The notes below the pieces were generated by a model, which was given only the letters and a program-made list of their open reading frames with translations, did no database searches and was not told the DNA's origin. Below are positions 45,586-54,541 of a stretch of DNA of 64,000 nucleotides, piece after piece. Position numbers and translations under genes: made by a program. This stretch comes from a virus (Duplodnaviria; Caudoviricetes), in the IMG/VR virus record IMGVR_UViG_3300044901_000083, positions 3,740 to 67,739 of that record; one strand, written 5' to 3'. Every line of letters starts with the position of its first letter. Within the stretch, counting starts at the first letter, position 1.

Positions 45586-45927
45586 TCATTTGACACCTCG
45601 GCACTTGTCGGCCTGATCGCGCACGCTGGTGATCAGCGCCCATGCCGCATCAGCAGTGCTGACCCCGGTAATCCGTCTCTGCGTGCTGCCGCGCAGGCTC
45701 TCGAAGTAGATCGTGCAGAGTCTGCCGCGCTCGTTGCACTCGGCCGCAACCTCGATCATCAGGTTGAGGTTCAGCAGCGCCTGCGAGCCCGGTACCTGCC
45801 ACCAGCACGGCGCGGATCCGGCGGCTTGCAGCACGGGCGGAGGAGGTGTGCCTGCGCGCGCCGGCGCCAGGAACGCGGCCTCCAGCACCAGCAGCAGGGC
45901 GATGATGAGGAATGTGCGGAGGGTCAT
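45586..45927 (-). CDS. Secreted hypothetical protein
   Basis: MTLRTFLIIALLLVLEAAFLAPARA signal peptide. Confidence 0.55.
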   Translation of the reverse strand: MTLRTFLIIALLLVLEAAFLAPARAGTPPPPVLQAAGSAPCWWQVPGSQALLNLNLMIEVAAECNERGRLCTIYFESLRGSTQRRITGVSTADAAWALITSVRDQADKCRGVK

Positions 45928-46139
45928 GACCGATTCTCCTCGGCCGGCTTCCAGTCGCCGTCCGCGTCGAGGTGCGCCGGCGGCCAGCCGCGAGCGAGAA
46001 CCTTGATCGCGCGCAGCGTGCGGATGACCAGGCCCAGGGCCCTCATGGCAAGCAGGTACACGCCCCACAGCAGCCACAGCGCGCACCACGTCAGGAACGG
46101 GTGCGCGTCGGCGAACGCGTTGATGTCGAGGTGGATCAT
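45924..46139 (-). CDS. Small membrane protein
   Basis: One TM then RGWPPAHLDADGD. Confidence 0.55.
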   Translation of the reverse strand: MIHLDINAFADAHPFLTWCALWLLWGVYLLAMRALGLVIRTLRAIKVLARGWPPAHLDADGDWKPAEENRS

Positions 46140-46372
46140 TGCTGCGCCTCCGCAGCGGCCGCTTCACGCTCCTGCGCGATCAGCGCCTTGCGCGCCTTCC
46201 ACACGTCCCAGGCCTGCCACAGCCACATCAGAAAGAGCGCGCCGTTGGACACAGCCATCAGCAGCGAAGGCTCTTTAGCGGGCCGGCCCGTGATGGCGAG
46301 CAGCGTCTCTCCGAGAAGGATGAGCGCCAGCAGCAAGCTGTCCACCACCAAGATCGAGAGGTACTTGCGCAT
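46136..46372 (-). CDS. Small membrane protein
   Basis: Two TM segments. Confidence 0.5.
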   Translation of the reverse strand: MRKYLSILVVDSLLLALILLGETLLAITGRPAKEPSLLMAVSNGALFLMWLWQAWDVWKARKALIAQEREAAAAEAQQ

Positions 46373-46374
46373 GG

Positions 46375-46881
46375 TCACACCCGCTCCGCGGCCCGATACA
46401 GATCTCCGCACGGCGCGCGGCACTCGCGGCTGTCGGCGCAGTGGTCGGTGGAGCCGACGGCGGCCTGCGGGCAGGGGCGCGGCATTGCACCGTAGTCGTC
46501 GGCGATCATCGTGCTGGAGAAGATCTTGTCGCCAGCCTTCGGATCGATTCCGTAACCCATCGGCTTCGCCTCGCCAGTGACGTACGGCCGCAGCTCACCC
46601 CACGGATACGGCACGCTGGCAGGCTGCAGCTCGCCATCCTTCACCGCCAGCTTCGGCCAGGCCTCGCGCCGGTCCTCGTCGTTCATGGTCTCCAACTGGT
46701 CCCAGTAGTCCGAGTTGGTGTCGCCGTCGGTGTCGCAGTACGGCGGCGGGTAGCCGCGCGCGCGGATGGTGAGGTGGCGTTCGCGGATGGTGAGCCAGTC
46801 CGAGAGCTTGCTGAAGCCGAACCAGGCGATGGCGACGGCGGCCACGCAGATGCTGAAAACGATGCTGTCGAGCTCGTACAC
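46375..46881 (-). CDS. Membrane protein
   Basis: N-terminal TM then RGYPPPYCDTDGD, like 45924-46139. Confidence 0.5.
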   Translation of the reverse strand: MYELDSIVFSICVAAVAIAWFGFSKLSDWLTIRERHLTIRARGYPPPYCDTDGDTNSDYWDQLETMNDEDRREAWPKLAVKDGELQPASVPYPWGELRPYVTGEAKPMGYGIDPKAGDKIFSSTMIADDYGAMPRPCPQAAVGSTDHCADSRECRAPCGDLYRAAERV

Positions 46882-47073
46882 GATGTCTCCAGGTGCTGCC
46901 GGGAAGCGCCCGGCGCGCGTTACTCGAATTTGATCACGATTTGCGCGGCTGCGGCGCAATCGGCTGATCTTTTTTCGGCAATGGCAACAGCGGAAGGCGC
47001 TTGCAGCTGTCGGCCAGGTGCCCACGGCCGCCGCAGCGGCAGCACCAGTCGGCCGAGTGGTCGCGGCTCATGG

Positions 47074-47436
47074 CTACCTGCCGCCGATGCGCTCCAGCTC
47101 CTGGCGCGCCATCAGCATGGCCTTGCGCTCGGCCAGCGTGGGCCTGCGCTCCTTCGCCGGCGGCGGCACGTCGGGGTTCTGCCACGGCACCGGGTTCCAG
47201 CCGTAGATCGCGGTCGGCTTGCCGCGGCCAATGCGCCAATCGCACACGTAGACCAGGCCATGGTCGTGCATGCGATCCATGTAGCGATAGGCCACGTTGT
47301 CGTTCGTCATATCCATGACTTCCGCCAGCTCAGGCACGGAGCGCCGCTGCTTCATCATGAACGCCACCGCCTCCAGTAGGCGATCGATGTTCTTCCCGTT
47401 GTGCTTGGCCTGGTTGGCCCCGTGGTAGCTAGGCAT
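47074..47436 (-). CDS. HTH DNA-binding protein
   Basis: RSVPELAEVMDMTNDNVAYRYMDRM. Confidence 0.5.
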   Translation of the reverse strand: MPSYHGANQAKHNGKNIDRLLEAVAFMMKQRRSVPELAEVMDMTNDNVAYRYMDRMHDHGLVYVCDWRIGRGKPTAIYGWNPVPWQNPDVPPPAKERRPTLAERKAMLMARQELERIGGR

Positions 47437-47989
47437 GCCCCTTCTCCTCTGCGTCGCGGCAAGTCCGCGCGAATTGCTCAACGTCGCCCTTCCAGAGGCC
47501 GAAGCGCTCGACGGTCTTGTTGAACTCCTCGATGTCGTGCGCGACCAGCATGTAGATCGGCTCGCCGGTCAGCCGGTTGATGCGCGGCTCGCCATGGCGA
47601 TCGAGCGCCTGGCGCACGTGCATCAGCTCGTGGTGCACCAGCGCCTCGCGCTGCAGGTCGGTGGCGTCGGCCCACCACTGCGCGTCGACCGTGACCACGT
47701 AGTCCGGCAGAAAGCCGTACTGCTTGATCAGCAGGTGCTCGAACAGCTCGCGCAGGCGGCCCTGCACCTGCGGCTCGTGGACCATCGCGAGCACCTGGCG
47801 CCCGGCCTGCAGGTGTTCGGTGTGCCGCATCAGCCAGAGGAACTTGATGTCGTTCTCGACCAGGTGCTTGAGCTCGTCGAGCTGGCCCATCAGGCGCGCT
47901 GCCACCACAGCAGGGCTCCACGTGCCGCCGTCGGCCGCCTCGTAGGCGTCCAGCGCGTGCTCTTCGGCTTCCTCTTGCGCGGCGCTCAT
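47429..47989 (-). CDS. Putative phage metallopeptidase
   Basis: REALVHHELMH (HExxH) and downstream HDIEEF. Confidence 0.7.
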   Translation of the reverse strand: MSAAQEEAEEHALDAYEAADGGTWSPAVVAARLMGQLDELKHLVENDIKFLWLMRHTEHLQAGRQVLAMVHEPQVQGRLRELFEHLLIKQYGFLPDYVVTVDAQWWADATDLQREALVHHELMHVRQALDRHGEPRINRLTGEPIYMLVAHDIEEFNKTVERFGLWKGDVEQFARTCRDAEEKGHA

Positions 47990-48357
47990 CAGCGCGCACG
48001 GGCCGGCAGGCCCATGTCCTCGATCAGGTCGTCGGCGCGACGGCGCGGCACAGGCCCGGGCGCGGCGGCCGCCGGCGGCGGATTGCAACCGAGCTCGGCC
48101 AGGCTGCTCACCAGGTCGGCGTGGCTGGTGGTGTCGAGTTGCGGCGCGCGGTCGACCATCTCGACGACTGGCACGCCATTCACGATGGAGCGACTTGGGT
48201 ACCAGCGCTCCACCACCGGCTGCACCGGCCGATCCGCGCAGAACCCCGCGGCGCGCAGCTGCTCGTCCAGGCGCAGCTGGCGGCGCAGGCGCTGCAGCTC
48301 GTCGAGCTCGGCGCCGGCCACGCGCCGCTTGATCCAGGCCTTCAGGCGCGTGAGCAT
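47989..48357 (-). CDS. Hypothetical protein
   Basis: Start MLTRLK after AAGGAGG. Confidence 0.5.
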   Translation of the reverse strand: MLTRLKAWIKRRVAGAELDELQRLRRQLRLDEQLRAAGFCADRPVQPVVERWYPSRSIVNGVPVVEMVDRAPQLDTTSHADLVSSLAELGCNPPPAAAAPGPVPRRRADDLIEDMGLPARAR

Positions 48358-48451
48358 GGCGCCTCCTTCCGTTGGTTGGCGGCCGACGCCAGCAGCGCCG
48401 CCGCGGTCTCGAATCGTCCGGTCCACGCGCACCAGCAGGCGAGCCACCAGG

Positions 48452-48796
48452 TCACGGGGTGCATGGCGCGGGCTCCGGTTGCGTGATGCGGATGCCGCGC
48501 GGCAGCGAAGCGAGCCAGGTTGCGACGAAGCGCATGCGACGGCCGTGGATGCCTGGCGTACGCGGCGCTGGCACCTCGCGCACGCGCCCTTCGCACCAGT
48601 CGATGCCCAGCTGCGTGAGCGTGTAAGTCGCCGGCTGGTTGCCGCCTATGCGGCCGTTGCTGGTCGCGAGACCGTACAGGCGCAGGCTGCAGAGGCGGCC
48701 GGAGTCCAGGTCCGGCTCCTCGTCCATGATGCGCTCCACCGTCGCTGTGCCGCCCATCCGGTACAGCACTCGGGCCGCGAGTTTCCAACTGCTCAT
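48452..48796 (-). CDS. Winged-helix-like protein
   Basis: 114 aa; YTLTQLG; leaderless-type promoter. Confidence 0.55.
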   Translation of the reverse strand: MSSWKLAARVLYRMGGTATVERIMDEEPDLDSGRLCSLRLYGLATSNGRIGGNQPATYTLTQLGIDWCEGRVREVPAPRTPGIHGRRMRFVATWLASLPRGIRITQPEPAPCTP

Positions 48797-48802
48797 GACC
48801 CG

Positions 48803-48818
48803 ATCGTGGTTTCACGAC
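48803..48818 (-). promoter_or_regulatory. Late-type promoter motif
   Basis: GTCGTGA-AAC-CACGAT, 6 nt before ATG 48796. Confidence 0.7.
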
Positions 48819-48833
48819 TGCGCGCGCGGCTGG

Positions 48834-49535
48834 TCAGGCGAACAGGCTTTTCCCGTAGACCGCCTCGCACACGGCGCGGCAGCGCTCCAGGTCGAAGCGG
48901 TCGTTCTCGTCACGCACGCCGCTCTCCATGTCGATCCAGTAGCGCGTGGCGTGCTGGCCGATGGCATCGACCACGGAGCGCGCGTTGTGCTGGTTGATGC
49001 CGCCGGCGTAGCCGTACAGCCAGTCATCGCTGCCGGCGTGCGGCCACTGCTCTGGCGGCACCGGCTGCAGGCCGCGGCCGCCGCTCATGTCGAACAACAG
49101 CTGCTCGTCGAGCCCGGAGCACACGAAGCCGTCGGTGTAGCCGTGCTGCAGCACCACCTGCACGCCGACGCGCTTAGCCCAGGCGCGAGCCACCCCACGG
49201 TCCACCTGGTTGCCCTTGAGGTTGATCTGCGCACGGTGGAAGTAGCGCCCGAGCACAGGATCAAGCCCGCGGATCTGACCGGTCTCCATGATCTCGCGTG
49301 AGTAGGCGCCGCAGATGTGCACCGCCAAGGTGAGGTGGCCCTTCATCAGTCGGTTGCGCATCAGCAGCGCCTGGATCGCGCGCCAATCCGGATAGCGCGG
49401 CTCCACGCCTTGTCGCTTCGGTGAGACCAGAACGGCCCACTCAATCGGGTAGAGGCCAGACAGCTCTGCCATCTCCTCGATGTTGGTGTCAGCGTCGTAG
49501 CCGGTGAAGGTGATGAACTCCGGAAGTTGCCTCAT
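48834..49535 (-). CDS. TrpF-like TIM-barrel phage protein
   Basis: ITFTG.D, LLFDMSGGRG, GYAGGI, WIDMESGVR. Confidence 0.65.
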   Translation of the reverse strand: MRQLPEFITFTGYDADTNIEEMAELSGLYPIEWAVLVSPKRQGVEPRYPDWRAIQALLMRNRLMKGHLTLAVHICGAYSREIMETGQIRGLDPVLGRYFHRAQINLKGNQVDRGVARAWAKRVGVQVVLQHGYTDGFVCSGLDEQLLFDMSGGRGLQPVPPEQWPHAGSDDWLYGYAGGINQHNARSVVDAIGQHATRYWIDMESGVRDENDRFDLERCRAVCEAVYGKSLFA

Positions 49536-49641
49536 TTTTGATGATCCTGCGCCCTGTTAGCGCCCGAACTGCAGCGGCTTCAGCCGCAAACCCGCGCCAT
49601 TGCTTGCTGCGCGGACCAAACACAACAGACTAACAATCAGC

Positions 49642-49926
49642 TCACGGCCTTTTCGGCGGCCCAGCCACCTCCTCGACGATGATCTCGGCCGGGCACTCCG
49701 GCGTCGGCGAGGTGTTCACCAGGCAGCGCAGGCCAGCGTTCTTGCCGGTGCGCAGCGTGGTGCCGCAAGCGCAGATGCTCTCGGGCCTGGTGCTGGTGAG
49801 CTGCAGGCCGCAGTTGCTGCAGCGGTAGACCGTGGCATCCGCCGTGGCCCGCGATAGCACGCGGCCGAAGCACTGCCGGCACGCGTGGTCGGTGATGCGC
49901 CAGGTGGCGCCAGGATCGGCTACCAC
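49642..49926 (-). CDS. Zn-finger protein
   Basis: CRQCFG, CSNCG, CACG. Confidence 0.55.
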   Translation of the reverse strand: MVADPGATWRITDHACRQCFGRVLSRATADATVYRCSNCGLQLTSTRPESICACGTTLRTGKNAGLRCLVNTSPTPECPAEIIVEEVAGPPKRP

Positions 49927-50435
49927 AGCGCCAGCTGCCGGGCCCGCGGGGCCGGCGCCTTGAACGCGAACCGCACGCGGTCCTGGCTGTCGCGCAGCGC
50001 CGCGACGATCAGCTCGGTGGTGTCCAGCGTGCGCGGCATCGCCAGGCTGGTCAGCACGCGGCCAGCCAGGAACCAGATCCTGCGCGGCTGCAGCGGCGGC
50101 AGCTTGGTCGGCGCCGTGCCCTTCGCGTTGCGGCCCTTGATGGCCTCGCGCTCACGGTTGTAGCAGCTCACGCACGCGTGCCCGTGGATCAGCCGCTCGG
50201 CGCCGCGGTGGCACCTGGCGCAGATCAGCATGCCCTTGAGCGCGCTCATGCTCGCGTGGAGCTCGCCGGCGTGCTGCGCCCCGATGGGGCAACACCGGCA
50301 GGTCATGCGGCTCTCCAGGTTGTCGTGGTTGGCCTCGCGCCACATGCTGGCGCAGGCTTCGGTGCTCAGCGACGCGCGCTGGCGGTCGCACCGGAAATGC
50401 AGCTTTCCAGGCACGAGTTGGATGTACGTGACCAT
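49920..50435 (-). CDS. Cys-rich Zn-binding protein
   Basis: CRCC, CARC, CVSCYN. Confidence 0.55.
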   Translation of the reverse strand: MVTYIQLVPGKLHFRCDRQRASLSTEACASMWREANHDNLESRMTCRCCPIGAQHAGELHASMSALKGMLICARCHRGAERLIHGHACVSCYNREREAIKGRNAKGTAPTKLPPLQPRRIWFLAGRVLTSLAMPRTLDTTELIVAALRDSQDRVRFAFKAPAPRARQLALW

Positions 50436-50459
50436 TGCGACTGGCCCTTCCCGACGAGG

Positions 50460-50950
50460 TGCTGAAATTCTGCATCATTTTTGAGTAAGTGTGTAAGAGG
50501 TTCAGGAAGTATTTGCGAGTATTCGCAAAGTGAATACTGACTTTCAGTGAAGTCCGATGCCGGTAACCTCAATAACCACCAGAAACCAGAGCCAGGTTAC
50601 GCAAAAAGTTGTTTTCTGACGAGAACTTAGAAGTGCCAAGAAGAAGAAGTAACCAAGTAACCAAGAAAATATATATATACGTGCACATGCATGCGCACGT
50701 GCGCACGCACACGCACACACGCATGCGCACACACGCACATGATGTCTATTGCTTCCGGCCGTCGAAGTTACGGTTACCGGTTACTTCGTTTTAAATCAAC
50801 AACTTAGGTGAAAACCGACCAGTTACGGGTAACCGGGCCTGGTTTCCTTCGCTCTGGCGCACGATCAAGACCACGGTAACCAGCTATCGGTTACCGCTAA
50901 GTTGTTGTCACGCAATACAATTTTGCGCTGTAACCGGTTTGACCTGAATA
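50460..50950. other. Probable replication origin
   Basis: AT-enriched, ORF-free; ~11 GTAAC(C)/GGTTAC repeats in both orientations. Confidence 0.6.
50669..50741. repeat. 73 bp perfect alternating purine-pyrimidine tract
   Basis: ATATATATATACGTGCACATGCATGCGCACGTGCGCACGCACACGCACACACGCATGCGCACACACGCACATG. Confidence 0.9.
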
Positions 50951-50984
50951 GCGCAAAGCGAGCTAATCGACTGTCGGAACCAAG

Positions 50985-51006
50985 AAAAAGGGCCCCGCAG
51001 GACCCT
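50985..51006 (-). terminator. Intrinsic terminator shielding origin
   Basis: AGGGTCC-TGCG-GGGCCCT then TTTT. Confidence 0.6.
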
Positions 51007-51035
51007 GGAAACCGGCCTGGTGGCCGGAGGGAGGA

Positions 51036-51209
51036 TCAGATCCCCAGCAGCCGGCGCCACCACGGCCGGCGAGGGGGTGGGGGTGGTGGTTCCCGGCGCT
51101 TGCAGGCCCGGCACAGGCGGCCTTTGACGTTCCAGCGCTTGCCGCAGGCGGCGCAGCCGACAGGGTGGTAGGCAGGGTGTCGGGCCCAGGCCGGCGGCCA
51201 GCGCCTCAC
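51036..51209 (-). CDS. Small Zn-finger protein
   Basis: GTGA-coupled start; CAAC..CRAC; PWWRRLLG end. Confidence 0.4.
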   Translation of the reverse strand: MRRWPPAWARHPAYHPVGCAACGKRWNVKGRLCRACKRREPPPPPPRRPWWRRLLGI

Positions 51210-51433
51210 GCCTGGTCTCCCATGTAGTCCCGCTTCCAGCCCTTCTCGAACTCGTTGATCGAGGCCTGCAGGTGAGCGCGCGATCGCTCGAACCACTCGC
51301 GGCGGTCGGAGGTTGGTGTGTCGGCGATGACGCCATCCAGCACCTTCAGCTGCTGCTTCAGATCCTCCAGCACGCGACGGTCGCGCCAGTAGCGCCGGCG
51401 ACCAGGATGCTTCAGTGGTATGCGCGCGCTCAC
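51206..51433 (-). CDS. Hypothetical early protein
   Basis: 75 aa; coupled to neighbours. Confidence 0.5.
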   Translation of the reverse strand: MSARIPLKHPGRRRYWRDRRVLEDLKQQLKVLDGVIADTPTSDRREWFERSRAHLQASINEFEKGWKRDYMGDQA

Positions 51434-51657
51434 ACGAAGTCCCTCCCCAGCCCCGGATCCAGCTTCTCGCGCGCATGCCCCATCAGCACGTCCCAGCGCC
51501 GCTCGGCCTCAACCACCGCGGCCGCCTCACGCCGGCCATGGCCGCCGGACAGCGCCAGCTGCCGCAGCGCGTAGACCATGCGATCGTGCGCCTTCTCCAG
51601 GTGGAACAGGTCGGCGGTGGTGATCGGCTGCGGACGCCTCGGGAATGAATTGCTCAT
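51430..51657 (-). CDS. Hypothetical early protein
   Basis: 75 aa. Confidence 0.5.
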   Translation of the reverse strand: MSNSFPRRPQPITTADLFHLEKAHDRMVYALRQLALSGGHGRREAAAVVEAERRWDVLMGHAREKLDPGLGRDFV

Positions 51658-51670
51658 TTTCGATACATCC

Positions 51671-52210
51671 TCAGTTGCTCACCGTCACACCCATCGCGCC
51701 CTCGATTCCGTTCAGCGAAACGATGTCGCCAGGGCTAACAGGCTGCATCGAAATGGTGCCCACCACGCTGGCGCCAAGTCTGAACTCCACGCGCGCGACG
51801 TTGCCGTCGATGCGCATGTCGATGGCGTTGAACCTCAGCTTGCGAGCCGGATCCGCCATGACGGCCCGCATGCCGGCCTCGGTGATACGGTGCTCGTCCA
51901 GCGGCGGATCCAGCCTGAGCCTCGACCTGGGCCTGCACACCCAGCTCGCATACTCCGCCTCGGCCGCGTCGCGCTGCGCCAGCCACTCGGCACCAACATG
52001 GTCGGGGACGATCTGCTGCACCAAGAATTCGCGATCGAGGAACACGTCGTAGCCTTCCTTCATCGCATCGTACCGTAGCCGGTGCACGCTCAGCACCTCG
52101 AACGGCTCAGGCCTGATTAGCGCCCACCAGCCACGCGGATGCTTCTCCAGCAGCTCCGGCAGCACGCGCAGCCAGGCGGCCACCACTTCGTCGAGCTCGT
52201 GCTGCGTCAT
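51671..52210 (-). CDS. Hypothetical early protein
   Basis: 179 aa; GGAGG SD. Confidence 0.55.
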   Translation of the reverse strand: MTQHELDEVVAAWLRVLPELLEKHPRGWWALIRPEPFEVLSVHRLRYDAMKEGYDVFLDREFLVQQIVPDHVGAEWLAQRDAAEAEYASWVCRPRSRLRLDPPLDEHRITEAGMRAVMADPARKLRFNAIDMRIDGNVARVEFRLGASVVGTISMQPVSPGDIVSLNGIEGAMGVTVSN

Positions 52211-52488
52211 CGCGCACCTCCAAATGCCTTACGCAGCAGCTTCCTGATCCCGTATCCGAGCTCGTGATACACCACGCCCTTGCCCTGCCACTCAAAGGTC
52301 ACGGAGACGGCGCCTTCGACATAGAAGCACGAGCCCCAGAGGCCGATTGCGTGGTACTCGCCGCTGCGGCTCACGATGAACCCGAAGCCACCATGGTGAA
52401 ATCGCCGAAGGCGGCTGCTTTGGTTGTCGAAGCTGACTTTTACCAGCCACGTCGGCACGGCCTTGCCAGGCCAGTAGATCGAGATCAT
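52207..52488 (-). CDS. Hypothetical early protein
   Basis: Coupled starts/stops. Confidence 0.45.
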   Translation of the reverse strand: MISIYWPGKAVPTWLVKVSFDNQSSRLRRFHHGGFGFIVSRSGEYHAIGLWGSCFYVEGAVSVTFEWQGKGVVYHELGYGIRKLLRKAFGGAR

Positions 52489-52796
52489 GCGGAACCCCGC
52501 TGGAGGGAGACGAGGGCGCGTCGAATTCGCTCGCACGCGATGTGCCCAAGCGATCCAGGCTCAAACGGCACCTGCAGAGCATGCAGAGCTTGCAGGGCCT
52601 CATCCACCAACGCTTTGCTCTCGGGCGCTGCTGGTGAGGGAGAGGCGGATAGGGCGGCGCGTGCGGCCTTCTTTGCATCGGCCAGCCGTTCTGAAGCGGC
52701 CGCCAGTTCATCGTCTTCGCCCGATGCCTTCTCAAGGGCAGCAAGAGCATCCAACAGCTCCGCCAGCGCCATCCGGTCGGTCGGTTTTCCGCTCAT
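52485..52796 (-). CDS. Hypothetical early protein
   Basis: Start MSGKPT. Confidence 0.5.
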   Translation of the reverse strand: MSGKPTDRMALAELLDALAALEKASGEDDELAAASERLADAKKAARAALSASPSPAAPESKALVDEALQALHALQVPFEPGSLGHIACERIRRALVSLQRGSA

Positions 52797-53113
52797 CTCC
52801 AGCTCCCTTCGCTCCACTCGCCCATTGCCCGCACGTACGCCTCGCGCAGCGTCTCACCGCGCCAGGGCCCAGCGATCTGGTGGTCATCGTGCGTGATGGT
52901 GACCTGGTAACCGTCGACCACGTACAGCGCCTCGACAGCGCGGTGCAGCGTGTGGTTGCGCTCCAGCCATTCGATGATGTCGGCATCGGTGCGCTGGCTC
53001 TGCACGATCGCCAGCACCGCCTGGTACTGCGCCGGCGTCAGCGCCGCGGTGGTGGTGATCGGCAAGCGGCCGCCATCCTGCTCGATCGTCATGGTGAACT
53101 TCTGCTTGGTCAC
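52793..53113 (-). CDS. Hypothetical early protein
   Basis: GTG start; RGETLREAYVRAM end. Confidence 0.5.
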   Translation of the reverse strand: MTKQKFTMTIEQDGGRLPITTTAALTPAQYQAVLAIVQSQRTDADIIEWLERNHTLHRAVEALYVVDGYQVTITHDDHQIAGPWRGETLREAYVRAMGEWSEGSWR

Positions 53114-53868
53114 GATGAGCTCCCAGGAGCCGCCAGCAACCCCTGACCGCCGCCCAGCGCCATGATCGCGGCCGCCATGTCGCCGCCCTTCTTCGCCTGG
53201 TTCAGTCCGTGCAGCACCTGCGCGGCCTGGTCGAGTGCGGCAACGATCGCGTCGAGGCGCTGGTGCAGCTCGGGCGTGTAGTCCAGCACAGTTCCCTGAG
53301 GGTGAGGAATGCGGTGCCCGACCTTCTCGACGGTGTGCTCCTGCTCGTCGCCCCAGGGCCATTGTTTGTCGGCCGGCACCTCGCGATGAAATCCGCCGTG
53401 ATGGAAGTTCCACTGATCTCGCGTCCAGGTGCTCACATCGCGCTGATGGATGTGGCCGTTGACTCGGAACGCGAGCCGGTAGCTCAAGCCCACCATGCGC
53501 TCGATGTCCATGCTGTTTCGGCCAATGAACCCGTTGTCGTGCGCAATGCCTCGACCATCGGTGTCAACCGCGTAGTAGCTGAGCTTCACCAGGATCACCG
53601 GCTCGGCCTTCGCGGTCTTCATGTGCACGTGGTAGCGCTGCATCAGGGCCTTGAAGTCGATGTCGGCCTGGTCCGCTGTCTTCGCGTGGCAGACATCCGG
53701 CACGCCCAGCGCCTGCACCACGTAGTCGGGCACCTCGAAGCAGAACGTCGGCGTTTCGCGCGGATCGAGGTACAGCGTGACATCTTTGATCACCTGCTCG
53801 CCGTCCTCGTTGGTCCACGGCCGCTTGCGCGTGTTGACCTTAGTCCAGGGCTTGCGCTTGGTCGCCAT
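53110..53868 (-). CDS. Hypothetical early protein
   Basis: Start MATKRKPW. Confidence 0.55.
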   Translation of the reverse strand: MATKRKPWTKVNTRKRPWTNEDGEQVIKDVTLYLDPRETPTFCFEVPDYVVQALGVPDVCHAKTADQADIDFKALMQRYHVHMKTAKAEPVILVKLSYYAVDTDGRGIAHDNGFIGRNSMDIERMVGLSYRLAFRVNGHIHQRDVSTWTRDQWNFHHGGFHREVPADKQWPWGDEQEHTVEKVGHRIPHPQGTVLDYTPELHQRLDAIVAALDQAAQVLHGLNQAKKGGDMAAAIMALGGGQGLLAAPGSSS

Positions 53869-54140
53869 TACAGCAACCTCCCCTGCGCAGTCGCCACCGC
53901 ATCCCGCTTGGCCTTCTCGGCCAGCTGCAGGAACTTGGTCTGCTCGGTGAGCATCGCGAGCGCCGCATCCTGCAGCGCCATGCGCACCAGGCCGCCGACC
54001 ACCAGGCCATTCGGATCCGGCGCGGTGTACTTGGCCGCCAGCAGCTGCAGCTGCTCGGCCGCCCGCTCGCGCGCCGCGGCGCGCTCGTGCAGCGCGCGCA
54101 CGGCAGCCTGCGCGGGGGTCTCTTTGGTCTTCGATGCCAT
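53868..54140 (-). CDS. Hypothetical early protein
   Basis: 90 aa; preceded by repeat leader. Confidence 0.55.
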   Translation of the reverse strand: MASKTKETPAQAAVRALHERAAARERAAEQLQLLAAKYTAPDPNGLVVGGLVRMALQDAALAMLTEQTKFLQLAEKAKRDAVATAQGRLL

Positions 54141-54148
54141 CAGGATCT

Positions 54149-54204
54149 CTCCTCGGGTTGCACTCGCCAGGGCCCAGCAGGCCCTGCGCGGCTGCAGCCG
54201 TCAG
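54149..54204 (-). repeat. Intergenic leader repeat copy 1
   Basis: CTGACGGCTGCAGC-hairpin-GTGCAACCCGAGGAG. Confidence 0.7.
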
Positions 54205-54485
54205 CGCTTGGCGCGTCCCACCTGCTGCTGCCAGAAGGCCCTGCGCGGCACCCACCCATCGCGCTGCGTGAACGTCTGGAACTCGGCGGCCTCAATCAGG
54301 CCGTGCGGCGCCTGCTGCGCGCCGACGTGCACCATGCGGCCGGTGTTGATCTCGGCTGGTGCATCCAGGCAGCCCATCACGTCGATTTGGGTGACGGCCA
54401 GGTGCCTCTTGTCCAACTGGACCAACGCCATGCACTGCGCGAGCGCGTCGCCGGTGACGTTGCCGTGGTGGTTCTTCAGATTCAT
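54201..54485 (-). CDS. Hypothetical early protein
   Basis: 94 aa. Confidence 0.55.
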   Translation of the reverse strand: MNLKNHHGNVTGDALAQCMALVQLDKRHLAVTQIDVMGCLDAPAEINTGRMVHVGAQQAPHGLIEAAEFQTFTQRDGWVPRRAFWQQQVGRAKR

Positions 54486-54491
54486 CGTTCA

Positions 54492-54541
54492 CTCCTCGGG
54501 TTGCACTGGCCTGCCCCCAGGCAAGCCGCTGCAGCCGTCAG
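54492..54541 (-). repeat. Intergenic leader repeat copy 2
   Basis: Same flanks as 54149-54204, different internal hairpin. Confidence 0.7.
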
